The notes: a model not told the origin generated them from the sequence alone. 64,000 nucleotides of DNA from Longimicrobiales bacterium (GCA_965238005.1 OZ250165.1:2688001-2752000), one strand, 5' to 3'; shown: positions 1-11,260, counted from the stretch's first letter. Numbers and translations are program-made.

Positions 1-407
1 CCCACACTGCCTCCGGCCCAAGGCGAAGGCCGCCCGAGCCAGATGCCGCAGCAGCCCCCGACGACGCGGCCGACATAGTCTTTCCACAACCGTGGAAACG
101 CCCGTTATGCTGTTGTGGTGTATTGGGTTCAGAGGAGAGCACGCCGTTAACGGCCCTCTAGGCCACGAGGGCGTTCCAGCCTACCCCAGGATACCGAAGA
201 CGCTCAGAACGTGTTTGCGAGCGACTGACAGGCTTCTCCTTGCGCCCACCGGACCACTCTCGGATGTTGACCTCGGTCTGATCCTCTTCGTGCCGAGGAC
301 TTCGTGAAATCGAGCTCGCATTCCCCCGGACGTGGAGCCGACCACTCCCTACCTATCGCTGATGCTTGTCGTCGCCGGAGGGTGATTCCGCGTAGGAAGA
401 CGGTTCT

Positions 408-2354
408 ATGGAGCGAAAACTCGCGGCGATTCTGAGTGCGGACGTCCAGGGCTACAGCCGTCTCATGGGGGACGACGAGGTGGCCACGATCCGCACTCTC
501 ACGGCCTATAGAGAGGTGATGTCGGCTCTGATTCAGCAACGCCAGGGCCGGGTGGTGGATTCGCCGGGAGACAACCTACTCGCGGAGTTCGCCAGTGCCG
601 TCGACGCGGTCGAGGGAGCGGTCGAGATCCAGCGTGAGCTCGGGACCAGGAACGCGGAGCTCCCCTCCCGTCGCCGGATGGAGTTCCGTATGGGGATCAA
701 CGTGGGCGACGTCCTGGTGGAGGAAGAGCGCATATACGGTGATGGCGTCAACATCGCTGCTCGTCTCGAGAGTCTGGCGGCTGGCGGGGGGATCTGCATC
801 TCGGGGACCGTCTACGACCAGGTCAAGAACAAGCTGTCCCTGGGCTTCGCGTATCAGGGTGAGCAGGCGGTGAAGAACATCGCAGACCCGATTCGCGTGT
901 ACACCGTCGGGCCGGACACCCTCGAGTCGCGTACGATCGAGTCGGACACAGCGGTGGAGAGGCCCTCCATCGCGGTTCTGCCGTTCGTCAACATGAGCCC
1001 CGACCCCGAGAACGAGTACTTCTGCGACGGGATCTCGGAAGAGATCATCAACTCGCTTGCGCAGCTTCCCGAGCTCAAGGTCGCGGGTCGGACATCGGCA
1101 TTTTCGTTCAAGGGGACGGATCTGGGAGTGCCGGAGATCGGGACCAAGCTGAAGGTCGCCACGGTCCTGGAGGGGAGCGTGCGCAAAATGGGGGACCAGC
1201 TCCGGATTACAGCGCAGCTCATCGACGTCGAGAGCGGATACCATCTCTGGTCCGAGCAGTTCGACCGACAACTCGACGACATCTTCGCGATTCAGAACGA
1301 GATCGCGACGAACATCGCCGAGCGGTTGGAGGTGACGATCGGAAGTGGGGCGCGAGGGCCGAGGCTGCAAACCGACAACGTCGAGGCCTACGAGCTCTAT
1401 CTGAAAGGCCGTGTCCTGCTGTATCAACGCGGAATGGCGATGTTCCGGGCGCGGGAATGTTTTGAGGAGGCGCTTGCCCTGGATCCGCAGTACGCGTTGG
1501 CCCACGCCGGTCTGGCCGACAGTTACTCGATCCTCGGCTACCACGGATTCATCGCGCCCCCCGAAGCATGGCCGCCTGCCCGTCAGGCCGCCGAGCAGGC
1601 CGTCGCGCTAGCGCCCGAGCTCGCGGAGGCGCACAATGCGCTCGCAATCGTTGCCTTCGCCCGGGATTGGGACTGGGTGACGGCGGGCCGTGAGTTTAGG
1701 CGCTCCCTCGAGCTTAATCCGGGCTACGTGCAGGCCCGAGTTTGGCACGCCGTGGCTTGCCTGCAGGGGACGAGGGGGGACCATGACGCTGCAATCGCAG
1801 AGGCGCGAGTGGCGGTGGACATCGACCCTCTATCCGCCTACACCCACACAATGCTCGCGTATGTCTTGACGCAAGCCGGCCGAGCAGAAGAGGCGGTTGA
1901 GGAAGCCCGAAGAGGGGTGGAATCCGATCCGGATTCGTACTGGGGCCAGTTTGTGCTGGCGACCGCGTACCACTGCGCCGCCCGCCTTTCGGAGGCGGAA
2001 GGCGCGTATCAACGGGCGTTGTCCGCATCGGGACGTAATCCTTTGGCCCTGGCGAACCTGGGCAGGCTCTATGCGGAGTGGGAGAAGCCAGCGGACGCGG
2101 CGGCGGTTGACGCCGAGCTCATGGCCCGATCCCGACAGAAATACGTGCAACCCATCACTGTCGCGCTAGCCGCGGCGTGTGCCGGCAGGGCCGAAGAGGC
2201 CCTCGCGCTACTCCAACGGGCCTGCGAAGAACGCGATCCCTGGCTAGCATGGGGTGCGCTCACTTCGCCATGGTTCGAGCCCTTGCGGGCATTCCCGGAA
2301 TACGAGGAGATACTGACGCGAATGAAGCTGCCAGTAACTGGCAGCGATTCGTAA
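408..2354 (+). CDS. Class III adenylate/guanylate cyclase with TolB-N-like and TPR domains
   Basis: ERKLAAILSADVQGYS, FRMGINVGDV and GDGVNIAARLE cyclase motifs; SIAVLPFVNMS..EYFCDGISEEII module; C-terminal TPR-like helices. Confidence 0.88.
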   Translation: MERKLAAILSADVQGYSRLMGDDEVATIRTLTAYREVMSALIQQRQGRVVDSPGDNLLAEFASAVDAVEGAVEIQRELGTRNAELPSRRRMEFRMGINVGDVLVEEERIYGDGVNIAARLESLAAGGGICISGTVYDQVKNKLSLGFAYQGEQAVKNIADPIRVYTVGPDTLESRTIESDTAVERPSIAVLPFVNMSPDPENEYFCDGISEEIINSLAQLPELKVAGRTSAFSFKGTDLGVPEIGTKLKVATVLEGSVRKMGDQLRITAQLIDVESGYHLWSEQFDRQLDDIFAIQNEIATNIAERLEVTIGSGARGPRLQTDNVEAYELYLKGRVLLYQRGMAMFRARECFEEALALDPQYALAHAGLADSYSILGYHGFIAPPEAWPPARQAAEQAVALAPELAEAHNALAIVAFARDWDWVTAGREFRRSLELNPGYVQARVWHAVACLQGTRGDHDAAIAEARVAVDIDPLSAYTHTMLAYVLTQAGRAEEAVEEARRGVESDPDSYWGQFVLATAYHCAARLSEAEGAYQRALSASGRNPLALANLGRLYAEWEKPADAAAVDAELMARSRQKYVQPITVALAAACAGRAEEALALLQRACEERDPWLAWGALTSPWFEPLRAFPEYEEILTRMKLPVTGSDS

Positions 2355-2387
2355 TGGCTGAAGAGACCTGAGCTGAAGACTAGGCCC

Positions 2388-2531
2388 ATGACCGACCCCA
2401 TCACCCGTCTGAACGCCGCCCTGGAAGGCCGCTACGCCATCGAGCGTGAGCTGGGCGAGGGCGGAAGGGTGCGTACCATCTATGATCAGAGCTTGACCCG
2501 ATGGGGCCTCCCGGTCCCGCCGCCGCAGTAG
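2388..2531 (+). pseudogene. N-terminal stub of a Ser/Thr protein kinase
   Basis: MTDPITRLNAALEGRYAIERELGEGG is a kinase start with the Gly-rich loop; the sequence then diverges and stops after 47 codons. Confidence 0.6.
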
Positions 2532-2600
2532 ACGCCCCGCAGGACGCCCGCCCCAACGACGAACCCGGAGCAGTGTTGAGCCGTGCGCCGGAGGTACGTC

Positions 2601-3662
2601 ATGAAGCGCTTCCCCTTGCTCCTGTGGACAGTCCTGATGCTTGCCGGGTGTCAGGACCTTGCACAGCAAGCGATGGGTCCGCCCGAGAACCCCGGTCCGC
2701 CCGAGAACCCCGGTCCGCCTGAAGACCCCGGTCCGCCTCCGTTCCTGGACCCTCCCAAGATCGCCTTTGTCAGCAGCCGAGACGGGAATATCGAGATCTA
2801 CACGATGAGCGCAGACGGATCGGGCCAGGTCCGCCTCACCAATAATAGCGCACAAGACCGCCTCCCCCGTTGGTCGCCGGACGGGACGAAGATCGCCTTT
2901 CAAAGCAACCGAGACGGAAACAGCGAGGTCTACGTAATTAACGCAGACGGATCAGGCCTGGCGAACCTCACTAGCCACGCGTCGCGTGATGACACCCCGC
3001 AATGGTCACCGGACGGGACGAAGATCGTCTTTGTCACCAATCGCGACGGGAACGATGAGGTCTACGTAATGAACGCCGACGGATCCGGGAAGACGAACCT
3101 CACTAACGATTCCGCCACCGATGCCCCCACGTTCGTCCGCGCCTGGTCACCGGACGGGTCGAGAATCCTTTTTAGGAGCCAGCGCGACGCGAGTCGTGGC
3201 CTTTACGTGATGAACCAAGACGGCTCGGGCGTGACTCGTCTCACGAGCATCACGGCCTTGAACGGCAGCTGGTCACCGGACGGGACGAAGATCGTATTCG
3301 ACAGCAGCGGTGACATATGGGTGATGAACGCCGACGGGTCGGGCCAAACCAACCTGACCAATGACCCAGGCAGAGGAGATTCCTTTCCCCATTGGTCGCC
3401 CGACGGGACGAAGATCACTTGGGATGCGGAGGGTGAGGTCTACATAATCAGCCCCGACGGAATGGGCCAGGCGAATCTCACGAACAACGCGGCCTACGAT
3501 TTTCCCCAATTCTTCCTGCCGGACGGGGCGAAGATCGTCTTTGGCACGACTCGGGACGGAAACGATGATCTCTACGTGATGAACGCCGACGGATCGGGGC
3601 CGCAACAGCTTACGAATAGCCCCGCGCTCGACGACGAGGCAGATCTGTGGCCAAAACCGTAA
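2601..3662 (+). CDS. TolB-like PD40 beta-propeller lipoprotein
   Basis: GGAGG RBS; signal peptide with lipobox LAGC; repeated [10 protein letters not shown] and YVMNADGSG blades. Confidence 0.85.
   Translation: MKRFPLLLWTVLMLAGCQDLAQQAMGPPENPGPPENPGPPEDPGPPPFLDPPKIAFVSSRDGNIEIYTMSADGSGQVRLTNNSAQDRLPRWSPDGTKIAFQSNRDGNSEVYVINADGSGLANLTSHASRDDTPQWSPDGTKIVFVTNRDGNDEVYVMNADGSGKTNLTNDSATDAPTFVRAWSPDGSRILFRSQRDASRGLYVMNQDGSGVTRLTSITALNGSWSPDGTKIVFDSSGDIWVMNADGSGQTNLTNDPGRGDSFPHWSPDGTKITWDAEGEVYIISPDGMGQANLTNNAAYDFPQFFLPDGAKIVFGTTRDGNDDLYVMNADGSGPQQLTNSPALDDEADLWPKP
2676..2741 (+). repeat. 18-bp tandem repeat (about 3.5 copies) encoding a GPPENP linker
   Basis: GGTCCGCCCGAGAACCCC twice, followed by degenerate copies. 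Confidence 0.85.
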
Positions 3663-4429
3663 GGCGGGCCTCCCCACATGCGCTGCGTGTTTACCAAGGC
3701 CAACCCGCGCTACTGACGGCGTCTAGTTTGCGGTACGGCTGACGAGAGGACAGAGGAGAATCCTGGGGGGGATAGGTATCCCAAACAGTGCTAGGTCACG
3801 CGGTCTACGATCACCGGTCGAGGGCGCTCCACGATGGCACTCCGTTTCCCCTCCCTATGTGCGAAGCCCCTTACAAACATCAGGAGTGGGAAGCTCCCTC
3901 AGAGATCCCGACTGGGCTAGCAACACACGCAGAAAGTGGAACATGGGTTAGGGAGGACACACCTATGCTACTCCACACCTTTGAGTACATCGTCCGAAAT
4001 GCGCTTCTGAAGTGGTGGGCATCCCTTACGACGGATGGTGGCCAGAATCTCTCAGATTAAGCTGCCCCCACGCACGTCGGACTTCCCCACGCTCCCTCAA
4101 TATCAGGCAGCAAGTAGTAGCCCCCGCTCGTTACTGGTTCAGTTTGGGCGGGAGTCAAGCCAGGGGCAATTCGAGCACGCCTTCTAGCAAGCGATTAGTG
4201 TTGTCGCGGTAGGCGACGTGAACACCAGCGAGCCGCGCCCCGGTTGCCGTAGTCGCAATGGACGAGCAAGCCGTTAACGCGGCTTCAAGGTCGGGGCAGA
4301 TGGCTGTTCGTCGTTCGCATTCTTCGATCTGTTCCCGGCGCAGTAGACAGGGCCTTTGGTGAAGGCGTGAGCGTGATCATCGCGGCGGGGGGCACAGTGG
4401 GAGCCACGGCCACAAGTAGGTTTGACACC

Positions 4430-4520
4430 CCGCTATAGCATGAAAACTATAAAGTGTTGTGAATCATATAGTTAGCGTCACTCATATGGATATCGTTCCC
4501 TCTTTATATCCCTTTTTCAG
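4430..4520. mobile_element. Probable left end of an integrative element
   Basis: Abrupt AT-rich patch with ATAGTTAG and paired TCCCTCTTT/TCCCTTTTT motifs, resembling the other element ends in the window; no partner end identified. Confidence 0.4.
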
Positions 4521-4596
4521 GCCGGGATTCCAATAGAACCTAGCGGACCTTCGCGGACAGGTTGTCGGGGTGTGCCAACGAGCGGTGGCGGTCGCA

Positions 4597-7500
4597 TCAA
4601 CCGGCACCGCGACGTGCCTCATCCGCCTCCGACCTGGTCTGGAACGCGTCGGGCCAGCGGCCATGGGCATCGATGACCTCGTCGATCTCGGCCATGATGC
4701 GGATGGTCTCATTCAGGGCGACGACGATCTTCTGGTAGTGGGCAACGTCCTCGTCCGAGAGCGTGCGGCCTTTCCGGTCCTTGAGCCACTTGTGGCAGAC
4801 CTGGTAGCCGCCGATCTGGAAATCCCAGACCTCCTCGGGCACGCCCTGAAAGCCGATGGTGCCGGGCCTGGTCGCACGCTGGCCCTCGCGGGCGTTGGTC
4901 TTGCCGGCGTCGAGCCAGACGGTGCCGTCCGACCAGCCGACGCGGCCGACTTCAGGGTTCTTGGGGCCGGTGTAGGTGGTGATGAACTCGTCGAGCTCTA
5001 GGGACTCGAGCACGTGTAGGACCAGCAGGTCATGACCAGCCTCCGCCAGCTTTCGGAAGAGGTCGACACTTTCGGGCAGCGGCACGCGGGGGAAGTCGAG
5101 CTTGAGCTGGGCCTCGTAGCGCTCGCGGTAGCCGGGGCTGTGGAACACCGAGTAGATCCAGGCCAGCACGTCCTCGGGGCCGAAGGTCTTCCGGAGATCG
5201 CCGCGGCCATCGCTGACGAAGCGCAGTTCGGTGGCGGTTGCAATCTGCTCGACGAACCCCATGTCCAGATTCGGCGTGCGACCGTCCTTGCCCTTGGCCC
5301 AGCGGCTGAACAGCGAACCGTCGGCCTTGCCGACTCCGGGATAGAGGTATAAGGGAAAGAGCGAGTTGATGTCGTAGGCCGAGCAGGTCTTGTGCGCGAT
5401 GATGTTGGACGTCGCTAGTGCGCCCCACTCGTCTTTTGTCTGCCTCGTCGTAATAAGGCCGACATTCTCTCCCGCGAGCATGTGCCCCATGACCTCCACT
5501 ACAGGCCAGCCAATGAAGCCCCGGCTTCGCCCAGTGTAGTAAATGAAACGCCTATCGAATGGCCGGTAAAGGATGGGCGTGATGCAACGCCTTGAGGGAC
5601 CGCTATCGCGGACATCCTTCTGAGCCCAATCGAACTGCCAATCACGTACATCGGGAGGCAGACTGAAATGCGTTCGCGCTTCCTGTTGGGACAGACGAGC
5701 AAAGGTTGTTACTGTGTTCCAGACGGTGTCAGGGTCGAAGCGTATGGATAGTGCATCACGCTTTGTTATCACTCCTGTGCCGCCTATCTGAAATATCTCT
5801 CGAACTGACGTCCATTCTTCGTAGTTATCTCCACGGCTTGCGAATGGCTTGAACAAGTAGAAGCGAGCACGTGGTGCAATTCTTTCCCAAGCAGTTTCTG
5901 ATGCCGTATTGGCAATGAGACAGTCGTACTTGTGTGCCCTCGCTCCCCAGCAGTTCGCATGGCGCACACGGGGGTAAGAAACCTCGTGAGCCCCGGGAGA
6001 CGTTTTGACGAACAGACCGATTGCGACGCCCTGTTCGATGTCGAAGACGTTCTCGTCCTTGTGACCGTCGGGGGTCACCTCTTTCTTCTTTACGTTCCCG
6101 TGTAGGTCCAGCAGGAACAAATGGTCGAAAGACGCTAGCAATGCCCATCGCATGCCACGGAACGTCGGATTGTCGATATAGCTGTGATTCGTGATGAAGC
6201 CGTGGATTCCCATGCCGGACAGTTCCAACAACCAATTAGAGAGCCGCGTGAATTGGACGTAGAGGTCGTTCAACCACTTCGAGTTGCGCTCGTTCAGTGA
6301 CTCGCCGTCCACCTCGAAGTAGCTCAAAGTCTTGCAGCCCATCCGGATCTCCCGACCGCGCATGAGCGCAGCGATCCAGTCACCGCCGCGCCCGGCCTCG
6401 GCGAGGTACGGCGGATTCCCGATCACCACCGTGAACCGCCGCTTCCGCTTGATCTCGCTGACCGCATTGGCCTCGTGCGCCAGCGCGGGCAGGAAGTCGA
6501 GCATGAGCTGCTCGTCCGCCGCCGGCTCCAGCGCATTCGTGAGGTACACCCGTGCCCGCTCGTCGCTTTCGAAGCGGTAGCCGGTCTCGTAGAGCTTGAG
6601 CCCGATCTTGACGTGCGCGATGGCGTACGGGGCCATCAGCAGCTCGTACCCGTGCAGGCGCGGCAGCAGGTGCTTCGGGACGTACTCGTTCCAGAGTGTC
6701 CGAATCTTCTTCTCGCCGTGGCCCTGCGACTTCCACTTCACAGCCATCGTGTTGTGGATGAGATCGATGACCTCGACGAGGAAGGTGCCGATGCCGGTGG
6801 CCGGGTCGAGGATCTGAACGAAGGTCTGGGTGGGCGAGGTGCCTTCCGGGATCTTCAGATCCTCGTGGCGCTTGGCCATCTCGCCCCAGGCGGTGGTGTC
6901 GGCGAGGCCGTCGGTGAGAGCGAATTCGCTCCGCAAGAGCTCGTCCACCGAGCGCACGATGTAGGAGACCACCGGGCGTGGCGTGTAGAAGACGCCGCGG
7001 CTCACCTTTTGCTTCTTGTCGTAGGCGGCGAGGAAGTGCTCGTAGAAGTGGATGACCGGGTCTTCCTGGGGGTTCCGGTCGCCGAAGTCGCGGACGACGG
7101 CCTCCATGTTGGCCCGGTCGAGGAGTTCGACCACCTCGGAGACGCCCAGCTCGTCGAAGTCGATGCCCGGGCCGCCGGCCCTGCCGCGGCGTCCGCCCAC
7201 GCGCAGGAAGGTCTCCATCAGCTCCCGGAGGAACGGGTTAGTCCGCATGTGGGCGGCGAAGTCGTCGGCGGTGCGCCGCGCGGGGTCGGTGATGCGGGCC
7301 GAGAGCAGGCCGTATGCGATGGTCTGGGCGTACATGTCGGCGAAGCCGGCCTCGTCCAGGTCGTGGACGAGCGCAGTCCGGAACGCCTTCATGAGCTTGG
7401 TGAGCGGCCCGGACTCGGTCTCGATCGCAAGCACCGTCCGGATGCGGTCGCGGATCGCGCGGGCCAGCTCGGCCAGGCGCTCGGAGAGCTGCTTCGAGGT

Positions 7501-8106
7501 GCTGACGACCTCGCGGTGGCGCAGTGTGAAGGCAGCGCGCCAGCGGTCGCGCCAGGCGTCGGAGTCGCCCTCGTCATCGGGCCAGGTGAGGTGGTCGGTC
7601 AGCTCGCGGGCGACGGCGTCGAGGTGGAGCGGCGTGTCGAGGTTGTCCCAGCCGAGCACCTTGAGGGTCGGCAGGTCGTGGCCGTCCTGGGGCTTCGAGA
7701 AATGGGCGAAGGCGATGCGGCGCTCCTCGCCCTCGCCGTAGTTGGAGACGAAGAGCAGGTCGTCCGCGGCCCAAGCCTGGCGCTCGGACTTGTTGGCCGA
7801 GGCGCGCTTCTTGAGCGCCACCTGGCCGAGGATGCGGCGCAGCGCCACCACGGGCAGGCGCTTCGGCTCGAACTTGACGAAGAAGATGCCCCAGGGCTGG
7901 CCCGGCACGAGCGGGCGCAGGCGCTTGATCTCCTGGATCTTGGCCGCGCTCTTCGCGTCGATCCCTAGCTCCTTCGGGGTGTACTCGAAGGTCAGCTCAT
8001 CGAAGTCGTCCGAGTCGATCGGCCAGCCGAGCTCATCGCGCAAGTAGGCGACGAGCTGGTCGAAGCGGCGGATGCGGGCGAGGCGTTCGCGGTGGTCGGT
8101 TGCCAT
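4597..8106 (-). CDS. N6-adenine DNA methyltransferase with Type ISP-like C-terminal specificity region
   Basis: GVFYTP, LDPATGIGTF (motif I) and IGNPPY (motif IV); C-terminal YRPFD, DFPRVP and IGGYQV..KWLKDRK signatures. Confidence 0.85.
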   Translation of the reverse strand: MATDHRERLARIRRFDQLVAYLRDELGWPIDSDDFDELTFEYTPKELGIDAKSAAKIQEIKRLRPLVPGQPWGIFFVKFEPKRLPVVALRRILGQVALKKRASANKSERQAWAADDLLFVSNYGEGEERRIAFAHFSKPQDGHDLPTLKVLGWDNLDTPLHLDAVARELTDHLTWPDDEGDSDAWRDRWRAAFTLRHREVVSTSKQLSERLAELARAIRDRIRTVLAIETESGPLTKLMKAFRTALVHDLDEAGFADMYAQTIAYGLLSARITDPARRTADDFAAHMRTNPFLRELMETFLRVGGRRGRAGGPGIDFDELGVSEVVELLDRANMEAVVRDFGDRNPQEDPVIHFYEHFLAAYDKKQKVSRGVFYTPRPVVSYIVRSVDELLRSEFALTDGLADTTAWGEMAKRHEDLKIPEGTSPTQTFVQILDPATGIGTFLVEVIDLIHNTMAVKWKSQGHGEKKIRTLWNEYVPKHLLPRLHGYELLMAPYAIAHVKIGLKLYETGYRFESDERARVYLTNALEPAADEQLMLDFLPALAHEANAVSEIKRKRRFTVVIGNPPYLAEAGRGGDWIAALMRGREIRMGCKTLSYFEVDGESLNERNSKWLNDLYVQFTRLSNWLLELSGMGIHGFITNHSYIDNPTFRGMRWALLASFDHLFLLDLHGNVKKKEVTPDGHKDENVFDIEQGVAIGLFVKTSPGAHEVSYPRVRHANCWGARAHKYDCLIANTASETAWERIAPRARFYLFKPFASRGDNYEEWTSVREIFQIGGTGVITKRDALSIRFDPDTVWNTVTTFARLSQQEARTHFSLPPDVRDWQFDWAQKDVRDSGPSRRCITPILYRPFDRRFIYYTGRSRGFIGWPVVEVMGHMLAGENVGLITTRQTKDEWGALATSNIIAHKTCSAYDINSLFPLYLYPGVGKADGSLFSRWAKGKDGRTPNLDMGFVEQIATATELRFVSDGRGDLRKTFGPEDVLAWIYSVFHSPGYRERYEAQLKLDFPRVPLPESVDLFRKLAEAGHDLLVLHVLESLELDEFITTYTGPKNPEVGRVGWSDGTVWLDAGKTNAREGQRATRPGTIGFQGVPEEVWDFQIGGYQVCHKWLKDRKGRTLSDEDVAHYQKIVVALNETIRIMAEIDEVIDAHGRWPDAFQTRSEADEARRGAG

Positions 8107-8110
8107 CGGT

Positions 8111-11100
8111 TCAGCCCTCGTTCAACTCCATCCAGCAGCGCAGCTGCGGCTTGACACCGACCGGGGCATCCACGCGCTTCAGGTAGCTGTTCTTGATGTG
8201 CTTCTCGATCCGCTTGCGGATGTCGAGGAGCGTCTTCTCCTCCGTGGTGCAGCGCTGGGGAGTCTCGGGCTTCGAGCGGATGCTCGCAACGATCTCGCCC
8301 GGCTCCTCGAGGATGGTCTCGCGGTCGAGGTTGTAGAGGTACCAGCGGGTGGTGCCGGCCTCCTCGGTGAACGCGTTCTTCTCCTTGTCGAGGGCGGGGA
8401 GCGCGTAGCAGAAGAAGACACCGCGCACGCCCTTCGCCGGGCGCTTGCGGCCACTGAAGATCGCGCCGGGGAAGCGAGCGAGCCGCGCCTCCAGCTCCGG
8501 GTCGCTCTGGAGCAGCGCCTGGTACTCGAGGTGCATGTCCTCGACGGCCGTGCGCGTGCCCTCGTACGCGTGGTGGAACTCCTTCAGCGCCGCGTAGTCG
8601 TCCTCGGGGGTGAGAAGCTTCCGGCCCTCGATGCCGAGGGTCTTGGAGATCAGGAGCGTCTTCTGCGTGACCTTCGTGTAGAGCGAGAGGATCTCGTTCA
8701 GCTCCTCGGGCGGGAGAAAGTTCCAGAACCAGACCTTGTCGCGCGAGGCGGCCGCCTCGGGATGGTCGGCGACGAGCCGCTTCTCGATTGCGGGATTCAT
8801 GCGCCGGTCCACCCGGCCGATGCGCTGCATGAGGCGCACCGGGTTCCAGTGGATGTCGTAGTTGATCATCCGCGAGGCGTCCTGAAGGTTGAGACCCTCG
8901 GAGAGGACATCCGTGGAGATCAGGACGCGGATCTCTTCGCGGCCCTGCTCGGCGAGCTCCGGGGATGAGAGGCCGTTGTAGTAGGGCGCGAAGCCCTGGA
9001 TGACGTCTGAACGGTTCTTCTTCGTGGCACTGTCCACCTGCTCGACACCCTCGATACCGGCCTCGTCCAGGTGACGCTTGAGGTAGCGGGCCGTGTCGGC
9101 GAACTCGGTGAAGACCAGGATCTTCTGGTCGGCCAGGGCCTTTGACTTGAGCAGGCGGATGAGCTTCTGCAGCTTGTCGTCGTGCTTTGGCTCGAACTTC
9201 CGGGCCTCGTCCAAGAACTGCACGATCTGGTCGAGGTCGAGGAATGTCTCGGGCATCATCTCCTCTACGTCGTACCCGGCCCGGTCCAAGCGCTCGGCCG
9301 CGTCGAGCATTTCCTGGGGGACGACGTCTTCGTCGTCCGCCTCCCTACCTTCTTCGCCCCAGAGCTCGAGGTGGCGCTGGACGGCGTAGCCCAGGACCTC
9401 GGCGTTCTGCGCCTTCCAGCGCTCGAGGCGCTTCTTCTCGGCGGCGCTCTCGCTGTGAACCTCAAGGAAGGCGAGCAGTTTTTGGAGGAGGCGGTCGCAG
9501 GAGAGCTCGAAGGCGGCGACGGAGCTCTCGAAGCGCTTGAGGAAGTTGGTCCGGATGAGGCCGACCACTTGTCTCTGGCGGTTCTCGTCGAACGGGTCGA
9601 TGTCCTTGTCCGGCCCCCTGTACCAATGCAGGGGGTAGTACATCGGGAGCGTGAAGAGCGGGCTCCGCTTCGCGAAGGCCTTCTCGATCAGGTCGAGCAT
9701 CCGCCCGTAGGTCTTGCGGATCGAGTACGCCGCTACCTGAGGGTCCCTCCGCTCGGGAAAGGCTGCTGCTTTGCCGTACTCCCGAATCTGGCTCTCGCGG
9801 GCGTATGCGCGGCTCCGCTGGACGACGAGCTGGCGGAAGAATGCGTCGGAGAAGAGGATCCCCTGGGCTTCGGTCATGTGCTCCGCGGCATCCGCCTCGT
9901 CCTGCCCCACACGGCTGCGGAGCGTCTTTTCCATCTGGTTGAAGTGCGCCCGGAGGTTGTTCACGCCGATCGTGCGCGCGAAGTAGGCCTCGTCGCGACG
10001 CGTGAAGAGCTCGGTCATGTGGCGGAAGTCGCTCAGGCGGTTGTTGATGGGGGTGGCCGTCAGCATGAACAGGGTCTTGGGGCGTTCCGTGTTGTCGAGC
10101 AGCTCTAACAGGCGGTAGTAGCGCGACGGTTCGATTCCCCTGTCGGGGTCACGCCGCCGGCCCGGATTGCGGAAGTGGTGCGCCTCGTCGATGACCACGA
10201 TGTCGGCGAGTTCCGCAATGCGCTGGAATCGCTCCGGGAAGTCCCCCTTTCGTCCGAGGTCGGTGTGGCTGAAGACGGCCAGGTTGCTGAAGTCCGCGCC
10301 ACCGCCGACGCCGCCGATGTGCGGAAGCCACCGACGCAGGTGGGGCTCCCATACCCCCTCCTTGGCCGCCTTCGGTGCGAACAGCGCGACACGTTTGCCC
10401 TCGTGAAGGATGAGCCGCTCGATTAGCATCAGACCGACGAAGGTCTTGCCAAGACCCACGCCGTCACAGAGGAACGCGCCGCGGTGCTGCCGGGCGATCT
10501 TCATGAGCGCCCAATACGCCTCCTTCTGATAGCGATCGAGGTGCGGGAACATGCGCGACCGTGTCTCGTCCCACTCGGTCGCGGTCAACTCATGCCCCCG
10601 GAGGAACTGCTGCAGGGCCTTCGCATAGACGTCGAACGGCGAATACAAGTGCGTATGGCGCGAGATCGTCTCGATGACGGCCTCGGTGACCCCGCTCGCT
10701 TCGTTCCAGTGCATCTCGAACCACTCCTGGAGCTGCGCGACCTCGCGCGCGCTCTGGATCTGGACGTTCAGCTCGACGTTCTTCGTGAGACCCGGCCGCG
10801 TGAAGTTGCTGGAGCCCACCAGCGCCTGGGCACCCACGACCTCGAGCTTTGCGTGGGTGATGTAGGCCTTGGCGTGGAATTTGTGCTTGTCGTAGACACG
10901 GCATTCGATCTGCCCGGAACGGAGCGCGTCGAGGATCGCAGGGACCCCGTGCAGGAAGGGGTTCGGCTCCTTGTCCTCCTCAATGCTTTCATCGAGCCTG
11001 TCGAGCGCTTGCGCCCGGACCGCTTCGAGAATGGCCTTCCGAGTCCGATGGGTGGTCTCCGCTCCCATCAGGATCCGGATCTTGTCGAGCCCCTGCCATC

Positions 11101-11260
11101 TGCCGTCAAGGGTGAGCAGGGCGCCGATCTCGAAGTATCCGGTCGCGATGTCGAACGCCTTCGCGATGCTGGACCACTCCTCCAAGTACCGGAGCCCGGT
11201 CCAGCCGGAGACACTGTTGTCGACGATGAAGAGCTCGCGGCCCTTGGAGTCAACGGTCAT
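8111..11260 (-). CDS. PLD nuclease fused to SNF2-family helicase
   Basis: FHAKAYI...GSSNFT (PLD); DGVGLGKT, DEAH, LTATP, SEGLNLQ and QRIGRVDR (SF2); ends 4 bp before the MTase start. Confidence 0.88.
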   Translation of the reverse strand: MTVDSKGRELFIVDNSVSGWTGLRYLEEWSSIAKAFDIATGYFEIGALLTLDGRWQGLDKIRILMGAETTHRTRKAILEAVRAQALDRLDESIEEDKEPNPFLHGVPAILDALRSGQIECRVYDKHKFHAKAYITHAKLEVVGAQALVGSSNFTRPGLTKNVELNVQIQSAREVAQLQEWFEMHWNEASGVTEAVIETISRHTHLYSPFDVYAKALQQFLRGHELTATEWDETRSRMFPHLDRYQKEAYWALMKIARQHRGAFLCDGVGLGKTFVGLMLIERLILHEGKRVALFAPKAAKEGVWEPHLRRWLPHIGGVGGGADFSNLAVFSHTDLGRKGDFPERFQRIAELADIVVIDEAHHFRNPGRRRDPDRGIEPSRYYRLLELLDNTERPKTLFMLTATPINNRLSDFRHMTELFTRRDEAYFARTIGVNNLRAHFNQMEKTLRSRVGQDEADAAEHMTEAQGILFSDAFFRQLVVQRSRAYARESQIREYGKAAAFPERRDPQVAAYSIRKTYGRMLDLIEKAFAKRSPLFTLPMYYPLHWYRGPDKDIDPFDENRQRQVVGLIRTNFLKRFESSVAAFELSCDRLLQKLLAFLEVHSESAAEKKRLERWKAQNAEVLGYAVQRHLELWGEEGREADDEDVVPQEMLDAAERLDRAGYDVEEMMPETFLDLDQIVQFLDEARKFEPKHDDKLQKLIRLLKSKALADQKILVFTEFADTARYLKRHLDEAGIEGVEQVDSATKKNRSDVIQGFAPYYNGLSSPELAEQGREEIRVLISTDVLSEGLNLQDASRMINYDIHWNPVRLMQRIGRVDRRMNPAIEKRLVADHPEAAASRDKVWFWNFLPPEELNEILSLYTKVTQKTLLISKTLGIEGRKLLTPEDDYAALKEFHHAYEGTRTAVEDMHLEYQALLQSDPELEARLARFPGAIFSGRKRPAKGVRGVFFCYALPALDKEKNAFTEEAGTTRWYLYNLDRETILEEPGEIVASIRSKPETPQRCTTEEKTLLDIRKRIEKHIKNSYLKRVDAPVGVKPQLRCWMELNEG

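Noticed and set aside
3788..4060. 90-aa ORF
   Set aside because: No motif or clear RBS support; left uncalled
4040..4430. tRNA or tmRNA at the island's left border
   Set aside because: No cloverleaf, T-loop or CCA end recognisable by eye; tRNAscan/ARAGORN would be decisive
4597..11260. Complete DISARM or BREX system
   Set aside because: No drmA/drmB, pglZ or brxC genes are visible
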